DNA of 64,000 bases from Squalus acanthias (taxonomy: Eukaryota): positions 68,138,001-68,202,000 of the forward strand of contig CM059430.1 of NCBI GenBank assembly GCA_030390025.1, given 5' to 3'. The position numbers were made by a program, and so were the translations under genes. The notes beneath the pieces are model-generated. The model was not told the DNA's origin, made no database searches, and saw only the letters and a program-made list of their open reading frames with translations. Of this stretch, positions 1 through 12,200 are shown in pieces. The number at the start of each line of letters is the position of its first letter. The stretch's first letter is position 1.

Positions 1-825
1 GTGAGAATGATACCAATCGACTGCAACAGGACATAGAAAGGCGAGCAGAATGGGCAGGAAAGTGGCAGATGGAATTTAATACAGAGAAGTGTGAGGTGAT
101 TCATTTTGGCAGAAGGAACAGGGAGAGGCAATATACACTTAATGGCACAGTTTTAAAGAGGGTGCAGGGACAGAGGGACCTGGAAGTTAATGTACATAGG
201 TCCCTGAAGGTGGCAGGACACATTGAGAGATTGGTTAGCAAAGCATATGGGATCTTGGGCTTCATAAATCGAGGTATTGAGTACAAAAGTAGAGAAGTTA
301 TGCTGAATATTTATCAAGTGCTGATTAGGCCACAAATGATGTATTGCGTCCAATTCTGATCATCAAGCTTTAGGAAGGATGTGAAGGCATTTGAGAGGGT
401 TCAGAGGAGATTTACCAGAATGGTTCCGGGGATGGGGGTTCTTAGCTACAAGGACAGGTTGCAGAAGCTGGATTTGTTTGCATTAGAGCAAAGGAGGTTG
501 AGGGGTGATTTGATAGAGGTGTACAAGATTATGACGGGTTTGGATAGACTAGACGGGGAAAGGCTGCTCCCACTAGTTGATGGTTCAAGGACTTGGGGAC
601 ACAGATTTAATGTTTTGGGCAAGAGATACGGGGGGATGTGAGGAGAAACTTTTTTACGCAGCGAATGGTGAGGATCTGGAACTCGCTGCTGAGGAATGTG
701 GTGGACGGGGAGACTGGATCGCCACTTGCAGGGCTTCGGGGATAGAACGGGGGAATGGGAATGACTGCATTGCTCTACACAGAGCCGGCATGGACTCGAT
801 GGGCCGAATGGCCTCCTTCTGTGCC
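1..825 (+). mobile_element. CR1 LINE 3' fragment (degenerate ORF2 C-terminus and 3' UTR)
   Basis: WQMEFNTEKCEVIHFG, RDL.V.VH, ERVQRRFTRM, RRLRGDLIEVYKI, and tail GGGCCGAATGGCCTCCTTCTGTGC. Confidence 0.93.
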
Positions 826-963
826 TCCTTCTGGGCATCACTGGAAAGGCCAGCATGTATTGACCATGCGAAATAGCCGTTTAGAAGGTGGTGGTGAGCC
901 ACCTTCTTGAACCGCTGCAGTCCATGTGGTGAAGGTATTCCCAAACTGCTGGTAAGTAGAGAG

Positions 964-3038
964 AGCTGTAATTTAATGTACTTATCGCAACTCCGTAGCG
1001 CCATGAATTGGCAAAAAAATGGCGGCTGCCGCTCTTTCACCAGCTGGTGGTGACTCCCCTGGCGGCCTCCATTTTCCTCCCTCTCTTTGCGCTGCTGTTA
1101 AGAGTTATGACCCTGGGAAAAAGTGGCAGTTTTGTGACGTCAATTGGCATGCAATGCCAACTTAATGTCACCACTCCGAACTTCGACCCTAGCGCTTAAT
1201 TCAGTGCTGGGTACTAAGCATGAAAAATGGCTACCAGTGGCGAGGTCAGCAGTTTTCAAGGGACACACACATCTTTCAGGTAAGTTTGGATTGAAGATTT
1301 TTGAGTGTGTTATTTTGATTTTATTGAAGTAGTAGCTTGCTGCAATAGATGTTAGAAGTTTTTTTAAGTGTATATGGCGTGCTACTGGGCGCTTGCAATG
1401 CCTCGGATGGTAAAGGAAGTTCTCTCAGAAGACAGAAGATGCTGCAAATACTCAGCAGGTCAGACAACTTCAGTGGAGAGAGAAACAGAGTTCACGTCTC
1501 AGATCGTAATGATTTCTGACCAGTTGAGTATTTCCAGAATGTTGTGCTGTCATTTCAGATTTATAGCATCTGCTCGCAGAGGGAAGAGGAAGACACAGTA
1601 GAGGAAGAACCTGAAGAGGAGGAAGCAGAAGGAAGTATGCAACCCAGACAGCCCCTTACTGGCCGTGATATCCATGATGTAATCATCAGCCTGCAGTATC
1701 AGAGAACCACAGCCCCAGTTTCCCTTTCCACATTTGTCCCACAGCTTACCTTCCCTCTCTTATTGACCATCACAGCGTCTGCTTGGCCACAATGATGAAA
1801 TAAAAGCGACCACAAAGCGAACCATCCAATCCAACTTTATACCTCTATCTATCCAATATGACATCAAGAAATCAACTCATCACCATTATGCATTCTCTTT
1901 TTCTTCTTCTTCTTCTTCGTCTTATTATTATTATTTTTATTATTATTGTTATTCCTCACTCTCTTCTCCCTCTTCTTCAACAACTGTCTGGGAAAGCTGC
2001 ATTTCTTGGGTGTGTGAAATGAGGAAGGCACAAGTGTGGAGTTGTGGTGACGGGCGTTTGGGAAACCAGGAGGTGCATGCATGAAGAAGGATAACATATG
2101 AGGATACCAGCATCTTGTATCATATCAGCTGGCCATGGGCTCAGCCATTTCCCTGCCAAAAATGGCCTGCACCGTCCTCTACAATGGGTGATGTGAGATT
2201 AGGAATGGGAAATGTGTCTCGTGATTGATACAGATTTTTGGTAGGTGTGTGATGGGCGGGGTGGGGGTGGTTGCGCAATGAGCAGTGTGTGAGAAAGTGA
2301 TGCAGTTGGTAGGAGAATGCTTCTGAAGAGGCATTCACTGAACTTGACCAGTGGTCTGAGGTCATAAGCTTCTTTGAGTACTCGAGTAAGGTGGTGAAGG
2401 TGACAGTGCTGGCAGTGACTGCCTTGGTGATGTAGTCCCACATCGTTCTTTTTGGAGGGCGTCCTGGCCCCTGTGGGTAGAGAACCTCACTTGCAGTGTT
2501 GACCCACTGAACAAAGCTGGAGTGCTGCGTGCGAGCCCCTGGGTGACCCCTCTCTGGCTTGCTGAATCACTTGTGTTAGTGCTAAAGCACTTTTACCATT
2601 TTTGGTGTGGAAGACAATTCATTTTTAAGAGCTCAATACTGCCATTTGGGAATGATTTTTAAAATATATATGTCATTTTTCTAAAAGGCAGCCAGAGCTG
2701 AAAATGCAATGTTTCACTTAATTTTAAATGTAATAATTTTGAATGCATTACCCCTTTAATTTATAGCCCCATTAATTGCCCACAATGCCTGGCGAACGCC
2801 ACAGATTCTCTCCCAGAGGTTGGAAGAAGCAGCAACGCCGACTGTGGACAGGAACTTCGAGTTGGAGGCCTCCATTAACGCCACCAGGAGAGCGTAGCAC
2901 GGTAAGTTAGCCCTGCACTCCACATCGCCAACCCCCAGAGCCAATTTTTCTACAGTAGCGCTGCGGCCATTTTCGGCAGCCATTACCTCGATTTCCATTG
3001 ACAGCGGCAATTCTGTTGGCGCACGCGAATTTTCCCCC
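964..3038. mobile_element. Internally deleted Harbinger-type element with Myb/SANT-like ORF remnant (-, ~2340-2540)
   Basis: Minus-strand VLYPQGPGRPPKRTMWDYITKAVTASTVT...KKL resembles the Harbinger Myb-like protein. Acidic transposase tail at ~1580-1650. Splits a LINE that is contiguous across ~960/3040. Confidence 0.65.
1895..1985. repeat. Compound (TTC)n/(TTA)n microsatellite
   Basis: Directly visible. Confidence 0.85.
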
Positions 3039-3039
3039 C

Positions 3040-4950
3040 AGATTTCCAGGATTTTGATCCAGTGATGATGAATGAATGGCGCTATATTTCGAAGTCAGAA
3101 TGTTGTTTGACTTGGGGAACTTTGAGGTGCTGCTTTCCCCATGCATCTGCTGCACTTGTCCATCTAGGGGTCAGATGTTGCGGGATTGGGAGCTGCGGTC
3201 GAAGAAGCCTTGCCGAATTGCTACATTGCATCTTGTAGATGCTTCACGCTGCAGGCATTTTGCGCTGTTGGTGGAGAGACTGACTGTTTATGATGGTGGA
3301 TGGAGTGCCTATCATGCGGGTTGCTTTGTCCTGGATGGTGTCGAGTTTCTTGAGTGTTGATTGAGCTGCACTCATCCAGGAAAATGGAGAGTATTCCAAC
3401 ATACGCCTGACTTGTGCCCTGTCGGTGGTGGAAAGGCTTTGTGGAGTCAGGAGGTAATTCCTGTTAAGGCGGGTCCAGTTAAGTTTCTGGTCAATGGTTA
3501 CTCCCAGGATGTTGAAGGTGAAGGATTCGACTATGGTAATGACATTCTCTAGTTGGAGTTGGAGATGGTCATTGCCTGGCACTTGTGCCACTTTTCAGCC
3601 CAAGCCTTGATGTTGTCCAGGTCTTGCTGAATGCGTGCTTGGACTGCATGGTTATCTGAGGAATTGTGAATAGCACGGAACACTGTGAAATCAGTAGCAA
3701 ACATCCCGACTTCTGACATTATGATGGAGGGAAGGTCATTGATAAGCAATTGAAGATGGTTGGGCCTAGAACGTGATTTGCCTCCAACAACCATAGCCAT
3801 CTTTGTGCTCACTATGACTCCAGCCGGTGGAGAATTTTGCCCCTGATCCCATTGACGTCAATTTCACTAGTGCTGCTTGGCGCTTTACTCGGTCAAATGG
3901 TGCCTTGATGTCAAGGGCATTCACTCTCACCTCACCTCTGGAATTCAGCTCTTTTGTTCATGTTTGGACCAAAGCTGTAATGAAGTCTGAATCCGAGTGG
4001 TCCTGCGGAAACTCAAACTGAGCATCGGTGAGCAGGATATTGGTGAGCAAGTGCCACTTCATATCACTGTCGACGACACCTTCCCTCACTTTGCTGATGA
4101 TTGAGAATAGACTGATGAGGCAGTAGATGGCGGATTGGATTTGTCCTGCTTTTTGCGAACATTACATAACTTGGCAATTTTTCACCTTGTCGGGTAGGTG
4201 CCAGTATTGTAGCTGTACTGGAACATCTTGACTAGAGGCGAGGCTATGTATGGAGCACATGTCTTCAGCACGACAGCCGGGATGTTGTTGTGGCCCATAG
4301 CCTTTGCTATATCCAGTGCACCCAGCCGTCTTATGATATCATGTGAAGTAGGTTTTCCTCTCATGTTGGTTCTCTCACCACCTACCACAAGCCCATTCTG
4401 GCAGGTATGTTCTTCAGAACTCGGCCAGCTCGCTCAGCAGTGATCCTACCGTACGACTCTTGATGATGGACACTGAAGTCACCCACCCTCAGTACATTCT
4501 GAGCCCTTGCAACCCTAAATGCTTTTTCCAAGTCATGTTCAACTGCTGAAGGAATGCAGTAGGTGGTATTCAGCAGGAGATATCCTTGCCCGTGTTTTCC
4601 CTGATGCCGTGGGATTTCCTGGAGTCCAAAGTCAATATTGATAACTTCCAAGGCCACTTCCTTCCGACTGTATACCACTGTGCCGCCACGTCTGGTGGGT
4701 CTGTCCTGCCACTGGGACAGGACATACCCAAGGATGTTGTTGGAGGAGCCTGGAACAATGGCTGAATATTATGCGAGTATGGCTATGTCAGGCAGTAGGT
4801 TGAATAGTCTGTGGGTGCTCTCCTAATTCTGACACAATTCCACATACGGACGTGAGGAGGACTTTGCAATATTGATTGGTCTGTGTGTGCCTTTGCCGTG
4901 CCCGATACCTAGGTAGATGTCAGGTGCTCAGTCCGGTTTTATTCTTATTT
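3040..4950 (-). mobile_element. Degenerate non-LTR retrotransposon, second family (CR1/L2-related); its 3' end is displaced to ~830-960
   Basis: KTCAP..A.PL.K.FQYSYNTG.YP, INDLPS....VGMFA.D and ILGVTIDQKLNW motifs with stops and frameshifts. Confidence 0.88.
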
Positions 4951-5445
4951 TACTTTTTCTTTTATTGGTATAATTGTTCTGGGATTTTAGTAACTCCTAC
5001 AGTTGTACAACAGTAAAAAGGCATTTTAATATTCCATTTTATAATGTATGGAGACGGGAAAATATTTCTAACTGATCGGCGTTGCAGATATCACAGACAA
5101 ACACGTTGGAGAGGTGCAATTAAACACAAATTCCCAACAGAAAGTTTTGTATTTGTTTCGTTTCCAAAACAACTCTGTTTTTAATGGAACACACCTAATA
5201 ACAGAAGTAATTAGATTACATCGCCGAACAATGTATAATTAACAGCGCAAAGAGATCTCAGTTTTAAGAATGGATTGCTTTTTGCATGACCCCAGAAGCT
5301 TGCATAGAGCGAATATATCTGTAATGAATCACAGGGCTTGAATCCTTTCAGTGTATTTCCTCATTCCTCATTCTCAGCTTAATTGGACACATCTCGTTAA
5401 GAAGTTGCTGTTTTGGTCCAACCAGTACAACTGCACCACCACAAG

Positions 5446-5473
5446 TCAGTCCGCCTCCCAACACTTAATGCAT
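5446..5473 (-). CDS. Candidate terminal coding exon of gene B (R-CIKCWEAD*)
   Basis: Acceptor ctgaatttcgtttcacag in non-repetitive sequence. A phase-2 join gives 9 residues then TGA. No homology support. Confidence 0.25.
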
Positions 5474-6697
5474 CTGTGAAACGAAATTCAGATCAATACA
5501 GTTTTTATCGCTGATAATCATTTCGTTCTTGATTACGTTTACAGGTCGTCACTTTGCACCAGCAAGAAATTGTTTCTGTGTCTATATGATGGAATTACAA
5601 GAGTTCCATTTAAAACTGTTCAGATATTTCCATCCAGCTTGATAAGATTATTCTGTTACCATAATTTGAACCTGTATATTGTGCAGTCTTAATCAATTCC
5701 GAGCCTTCGTCACATAATAATTAATCTTTTAGCAATGATTTTTTTCTGTCACGAAATTAAATTCAATCATAGTTTACAAACCCGTCTAGAATTACTTATT
5801 ATACATGCATTAATCTGTGTAACTTCTTTTATTAATTTGTATCATGTGTTGTACAATCACTTATGAATTTGTAGTTTAAAGACTATTTCATAGATGAGTA
5901 ATATGCAGTCTAGTGAACTAGAGTTTATTTAGACAACAAAAGATTGCAAAAACGTTTCCAAAAGCTTTCCACTACTGGGCTTTTCCTCGCGTCATGTCTG
6001 GATATGTATTTACCTGATTGATAGATTCATTACCATGATTAAACAGCAACTCTATTATCATTGTCTGATGCAACGACCAGAATGGTAGAAGGTGCACTGG
6101 ATGGACCATGATCTTTTCTTATCTAGCAATTCGCATGTTCCTAAACCATCTTTGCAGCACATCCAGTATCTGGGTCGCTTCGATCAGTTTTCTCTCCTAA
6201 GATGTCCAGGAAATATGATACCACCAGGATTTGAACATCATAATACAAATTGTTTACAACTAGTTGAAGGAAAATCTAAGGCTCTAACGGATTTTGCTTG
6301 AACAGGGTCATTGTAATTAATCTACTAATGTGTGAGTAAAGTTTTGATTTTCAGCTTTTAAAGTTTTACAACAGTAAATAGGCATCATAGTAATTTAAAT
6401 TTCCACTAAAATAGAGACTACATACCAAACTTTCTGAATGTTAGTTTTGCAAAGGATCATAAGCATCACGCAACTGTAAAAGTAGAGTTCGTTTTGATCG
6501 ATATTTAAAGTTACTAAACGATACTAGGGGGATATCCCATTTTGATGTATGCAAATTTGGTAAGTATCAATCTATTAGGAAATACGCAATACGGAGCAAA
6601 ACAGGTTTATTTACTCATACTAAAATTCAGTCCAATGCATTAATATATTCAAAGATATATCAACCATGACCATAGTACCGTTTATATCAGATTAATT

Positions 6698-7638
6698 GGC
6701 CCAAAAATTAGTCTTAGTACGCGAGAGTACGCACTGTGTACTCTCGCGTATTCTGTCTCCAATTGCCGGTTTTCTGCATGCACTGCGCATGCGCTGAAAA
6801 CCGGCACTTGGTGAACTCAAAAGGGGGCGGTTCCTAAGTGAACCGCGTGCGCGCACGCAGTGCACTTAGTGCTTTGAACGCGCAGGTAAGCATGGAAGAT
6901 TTTGCACATAAAGAAAGGAGACGTAAGACCCACTTTTAACAAGGTAAGTGGTTAATTAAGTATTATTTTAAAAAATTTTCAACAGGTATATCTTTTTTAG
7001 AGACTTTAAAGAAAGGTAAGTTTATTTTTATAACTTTTAAAAAGATTTTAAATTTTTTCAAAAATTTAATTTTTTGTTTAAAGTGGTTAATTTATTTAAC
7101 TATACTTATTTTATTAATGTGATGGTTTTTTTTAAATTTAATTTAGGTTTAGCTGTTCTTTTGGGTATAGATTCATAGCTTTGACAGCCCTTGCTCTCAA
7201 AACTATGAATGAAAGATGGTGTGCTGCCATTGGCTCTAACTTAATCACGTGATCCCATAGCTCGCACGATTTAAGTGCGTCTGTGGGATACGCACACACT
7301 GCACAGCAGCAGCCTTGAAACTAAAGTTCGTGCGAGCTATGAATGAAAAGGCAGGCGCGCAGTGAGATATCACGGGGAAGCCTTAACCCCGCAGGAAGAC
7401 TCCATCTTTAATTTCTGGGCCTATGAATGAAAGATGGTGTGCTGCCACTGACTCTAACTGAATCACGTGATCCCAGAGCTCGCACGAACTAACTCTGTCT
7501 CTGGGATATGCACACACTGCACAGCTGCAGCCTTGAAACTAAAGTTCGTGTGAGCTCGGAGGGAAAGGTAGGTGCGCAGTGAGATATCGCGGGGAAGCCT
7601 TACCCCCGCAGGAAGGCTCCGTCTTTAATTTCTGGGCC
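6698..7638 (+). mobile_element. ~740-bp MITE copy 1 (TIR GGCCCAAAAATT...AATTTCTGGGCC) with duplicated 3' ~217 bp; TSD ATT
   Basis: TIRs present, ATT on both sides. 7422-7638 repeats 7204-7421. Confidence 0.85.
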
Positions 7639-7652
7639 ATTACCTATATAAT

Positions 7653-8389
7653 GGGCCAAAAATTCATCCCGGTGTGCGAGAGTAGCCACTGCGTACTCTC
7701 GCGTATTCCCTCTGCAATTGCCGTTTTTCTGCATGCCCTGCGCATGCGCTGAAAACTGGCAATTGCTCTTTTGAAAAGGGGGCGGTTCCTCGGTGCATCG
7801 CGTGCGCGCTACAGGCTGCGTGCACGCTGTGCACTTCATGCTTTGGACGCGCAGGTAAGTACTGAAGATTTTAGAAATGGAAAAAGGAGGAGTAAGACCC
7901 ACTTTTAACAAGGTAAGTAGTGAATTAAGTATTTTTTGAATTTTTTTTAACAGGTATATCTTTTTTAGAGACTTTAAAGACAGGTAAGTTTATTTTTATA
8001 ACTTTTTAAAAGATTTTAAATTTTTTCAAAAATTTAATTTTTTATTTAAATTGGTTAATTTATTTAACTATACTTATTTTATTAATGTGATGGTTTTTTT
8101 TTAAATTTAATTGAGGTTTAGCTGTTCTTTTGGGTATAGATTCATAGCTTTGACAGCCCTTGCTCTCAAAACTATGAATGAAAGATGGTGTGCTGCCATT
8201 GGCTCTAACTGAATCACGTGATCCCAGAGCTCGCACGAACTAACTCTGTCTCTGGGATATGCACACACTGCACAGCTGCAGCCTTGAAACTAAAGTTCGT
8301 GTGAGCTCGGAGGGAAAGGTAGGTGCGCAATGAGATATCGCGGGGAAGCCTTACCCCCGCAGGAAGGCTCCGTCTTTAATTTCTGTGTC
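7653..8389 (+). mobile_element. MITE copy 2
   Basis: Same TIRs and internal sequence. 5' half is nearly identical to the copy at 49559; 3' end matches 7422-7638. Confidence 0.85.
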
Positions 8390-8468
8390 ATTACCTATAT
8401 AATATGTTCTTTTGGTAAAATATGTAAATAAAAAATATATAATGATCTGAGTAGATCATAGTATTCAA

Positions 8469-9305
8469 GGGTCAAATTCCACTTCTATCTTCAGGTGTTA
8501 ACGGGCAGGTAACGGCCTCATAATGAGGTCAGTAGACTTAACGCCCATTTAACACGACAAAAGAACCCCTATGCATTTTGAAAAGGGCCTACCGCAATGC
8601 CCGGCGCCTCCTGTTTGAGTTGGTACCCACAACCCCTTTCAATATGCAAATAGCGTTGGATCCGGATTGACATTTTAGGGCAAAACTGATCGAAACTATG
8701 GGCTTTCCGAGGATTTCCACGGATCACAGATCCAGAGAGAGCCAGACAAGTCAAGTGTGGAATTATTTGTGTGGGTCCCGGAGGAGCACGGGAGCTGCTC
8801 TGGGCCCCACACATTTATTTGGGCTGCTGCCGCCTCGGAAGGCCATCCTCGGCGATCGCACGTCCCTTGCTGGCGGCTGGGGAGACCCTCATCCCAGTGA
8901 GCAGTATCGGGAAGTCCGTTTGGTGCGTGGCAGATTGCCAGTCCAATATTAATAAAGCCAGTATCTCAAAATCGTGCCCGCCTCATTGTCATGGCTACGC
9001 TCTATCAGCTAGCGCGCACTGTCTGTCAGTCTCCTGCCCTAATGTTAAGATGTCCCCTGTACAGTACAAGACATTCGACAATCAAGTCTGTGTCGGTGCT
9101 TTTCCCTGCAGCAGATACCTTGCGGGTTATTCTAAATTCTGCCGATGGTGTAAACGGGCGGTTACAGATCCCTCATCCTTTATACACCAGCCACATTCTT
9201 CCATTCGCTGAAGTCCGTGGAAGGGTAAATCGGGCGTTATTTATAAAGTGCGGCCAACTCCATAACATGCATTTTACACCTTCGCCCAGTGTTAAAATGA
9301 TCCTA
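8469..9305. mobile_element. Probable non-autonomous DNA transposon of a different family
   Basis: Imperfect TIRs GGGTCAAATT / AAAATGATCCT bounding a GC-richer block. Similar GGGG(T/C)A.ATTTT-ended elements start at ~13117, ~21653, ~43975 and ~49480. Confidence 0.45.
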
Positions 9306-9391
9306 CAATCTTCTTTCATTCTTTTCAGTTGTTGTTTGCTGTCTGCCCTGTCTTAAAGCTATCGTCCGTCAGTTATAAATGAATGTCTTAC

Positions 9392-9500
9392 CTTTCAAAG
9401 CAGTTGATCCAGAAATGATCAGCAATGATTATCGTCAGCATCAAAATGACCAACACGCTCAATACCAAGCGAACAACCATAACTGTCTTGTCAAGTGAAA
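9392..9500 (-). CDS. Transmembrane exon with charged Arg (VSLDKTVMVVRLVLSVLVILMLTIIIADHFWINCFER); probable exon 4 of gene B
   Basis: Acceptor tttcttatttatttcctag, open in phase 1, donor AG|GTAAGA (read-through gives AGG TAA). Not in the ORF track. Assignment to gene B rather than only to the decayed duplicate is inferred. Confidence 0.8.
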
Positions 9501-9945
9501 CTAGGAAATAAATAAGAAACAGAAGTGAAAATCCGGCGGTTTATATAAAAGGCGGCTGAGCTGAAACTCGACTTTACTCTCCGACGCCAAATAGAAAAAT
9601 CGACCCCATTGTATTCCTGGTCCTACACCCGAACAATGATTGAGAATTTCATTTACAAAACCGTGAAGTTCTTTAGTTAAAAGTGTTATGAAGTGATTTT
9701 AATAGTGTTTTGCAACATGCACTTCTGAGAAAGGAAATAAATATATCCTGCCATCCGTGTGCAGCGTTATTTGGGACAATATCCGTATTTTAACGACATT
9801 AGAATTCCGAACAATCAAGCTGACATTGGCTGAGACCGGAAATATCAGATGGACTCGTCTTTTTTTCTCCGTAGAGATATCCTGACTCCGCATTTACACT
9901 ATAAATGTTCCTCTGGTGCTAAGCTAAAAAAAATTCCCACCGACG

Positions 9946-10747
9946 TGTAGGCTTCGCAAAATCCCCCAGAAACTCGAACAGAGCCCTAAAGGGAGTGATT
10001 TTTGGACTTTTCATACAAACGTGGGATGATGGGGCCTAAGTGAAGTGATTTGATGTAAAAACCTAAAGATCAGGGAAGAAAAAACCTGAGGAAACTGACT
10101 TTTTCTTTTAAATCTTACTGTTGGGAGAGACACCTTTCACAGACACAAGCTGCGAGGGGCATGGCCTGGCAGTGAACAGATCAAGCTGTCTGGGAATTGT
10201 TTACACTGCGAATCCTAACGAGGTGCAAGAGACAAAGCAAAAACTCACAAACACATTCAAATATGAATCCCATGGGGTTTCTCTGCTCTCTCCATGCTCC
10301 AGCAAAACCTACCACAAACCACGAGGAAGAAGGCCAGAAGACCAGCACGCAAGAAGAAACCAGAGCGACTGCCTCAGTGACCATCGGACACCTCGCAGCA
10401 ACAAGGGCCTTATGGAGTCTTTTTAAACAAAAGACACTAATATCCTGTCAAGGATTCGTTGGTGAGCATTATCCCAGATCTCCTGAAACCATTAACCGAG
10501 CCAGATAGTGGGATCTTTAAGAGGGATAAGGTTTTGTTTGATATATTGTCATTTCTCTCGCTTGTACCGTGTGCTCCCCAAATCTGTGTTTAAGTAATAA
10601 GTGTGTTTCAAGTTTGGTACCTTTTTCTTTTAATAAAGTAAAATTCTTTCATCAGAACCTGTTTACTGCAATTTTGTTCACAACCCCTAAATAAGTCCAA
10701 AGTCTAGGAACCGGAGGGGTGTGGGAGCGATTAAGATACCTCTTACA
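9946..10747 (+). mobile_element. Solo LTR (802 bp) with 4-bp TSD GACG
   Basis: Termini TGTAGG...CTTACA, GACG on both sides (9942-9945 and 10748-10751), internal AATAAA near 10632. The paralogous intron at ~14650-14680 lacks the insert. Confidence 0.8.
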
Positions 10748-10816
10748 GACGCTACATTGCAATGTAAATGCACACTTATTCAACTCTAATTATTTTTGAA
10801 GGTCTCGGCACATTAC

Positions 10817-11124
10817 CCATGTTAGAAACATCAACAATTAAGGGATTTTAGCTCGAGCCGTGAGTGTGAGGTGAGACACTTGACAAGTATAAACAGCTCC
10901 GCTCCGGAGGGGCTGCGTCTCCTTCTGAAGGCTGGAAATTTCATACAGTCCATTCATGTTCTACTTTGTGCTTTTCGCTATGCCGATCAAAATCTCAATT
11001 CCATCTTTATACCAAGTGAGGTTGAGAGTAGCCGGGTAAAACTGAACCGTTTTTCACACGAGATTCAGAGCATAGGAGTTTAATTCAGGTACTTCGGAGA
11101 AAATCTTCAGCTGAGTAGGCGGAA
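10817..11124 (-). pseudogene. Decayed duplicate: C1 pseudo-exon
   Basis: Highly similar to 14736-15044. Acceptor AG>GG, first Cys TGT>TGA, a further TAG, and net 1 nt shorter (frameshift near the 3' end). Confidence 0.92.
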
Positions 11125-11559
11125 CCGTAGGATAAAAACGGTTAAGACATAGCATTTGGGCTATTTTGTTCTTGCGTTTGCCAATTATCTTCTCTTCATT
11201 TGGAGCCTTTAAATGGGCTAGCATTAAAGTATCAGTGTTAAATGACTACCGCGAAATTGTATTCATTACATTAAAAAAATTAATCAAGAGAACTGCGCAT
11301 TTGAAGCGCAGCTTCTTTTGTGTTCGAGAAACTTCAACTGCATAACATAAATTCATATCAATATGAATTGACATAAATGCCTGTTCAAATGTCCCTTGTC
11401 TATTGTATTATTATAATTTGACAGTATTGTTAAAAACTTCAGTTGTTACAAATCCATTATAACTTTCAAAATTGGAATTGTGTTGCGTTTTCAAATAACA
11501 GTCATATTTGTCATGCAATTGTCGGTAAATATTCTGAACAAATATCAAATCTCTTACAA

Positions 11560-12200
11560 TATCAATAATAAATGTGTTATATTGTGAAGTATTAAATATC
11601 CTCTACTTTAACAGCATATATTACATTATCCACCTATATTACAGTATATAGATTCAATATATTACATATAAAGATAATAAAATGTTAAATCTTTCAATGT
11701 ATTAAATAGTATATGTTTAATAACCAGATTAAACATGCTGCCACATAAAATGGTAAATATGTTCTAGCATTAATAATCACATGTTAGTCTACAATGTTAA
11801 AATGGTAAAGAATGATATAATAAATGCTGTAGCCATATAAGATAGCAAATTATTGCAGCATAAAATAGCAAACATGTTACAGTATTAAGTAGCGCACATG
11901 TTGCATTAGAAAGTAGCAAATATATTGCAGATTAAATAGCTAATTTGTTCCAGTACAAAATATCCAATATCTTGCAGTATAAAATAGCCAATATGTTACA
12001 GTATTAAATAACCAATGCGTTGCAGCATCAAATATCAAATATGTTGCAGAATAAAATACTAAATATGTTATAGCATAGACCATCAAATATGTTGCATTAT
12101 AAAATAGCCGATATGTTGCATTATAATATAGCCAACTTGTTGCAGCATCAAATATCAATTAGGTCGCAGAACAAAATAATAAATATGTTACACTATAAAA
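11560..12200. repeat. Degenerate 24-bp AT-rich minisatellite (approx. consensus AAATATGTTGCAGTATAAAATAGC)
   Basis: Units in clear register at 11845-12200 and more decayed to the left. Produces the 8-aa periodicity of ORF 11940..12158. Confidence 0.85.

Noticed and set aside
7600-7911. Multi-copy small protein MLKVGLTPPFSISKIF... (also 49539..49817 and 51106..51318)
   Set aside because: Chance ORFs with non-ATG starts in the GC-rich arm of a young MITE. Lengths vary between copies.
10871-11083. Plus-strand paralogous ORFs MRHLTSINS... (also 14791..15003)
   Set aside because: Antisense shadows of the two C1 exons.
11560-12200. CRISPR-like array, or a repeat protein from ORF 11940..12158
   Set aside because: Contiguous degenerate 24-bp units with no unique spacers, no cas genes and a vertebrate context. 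The ORF is a by-product of a unit length divisible by 3.
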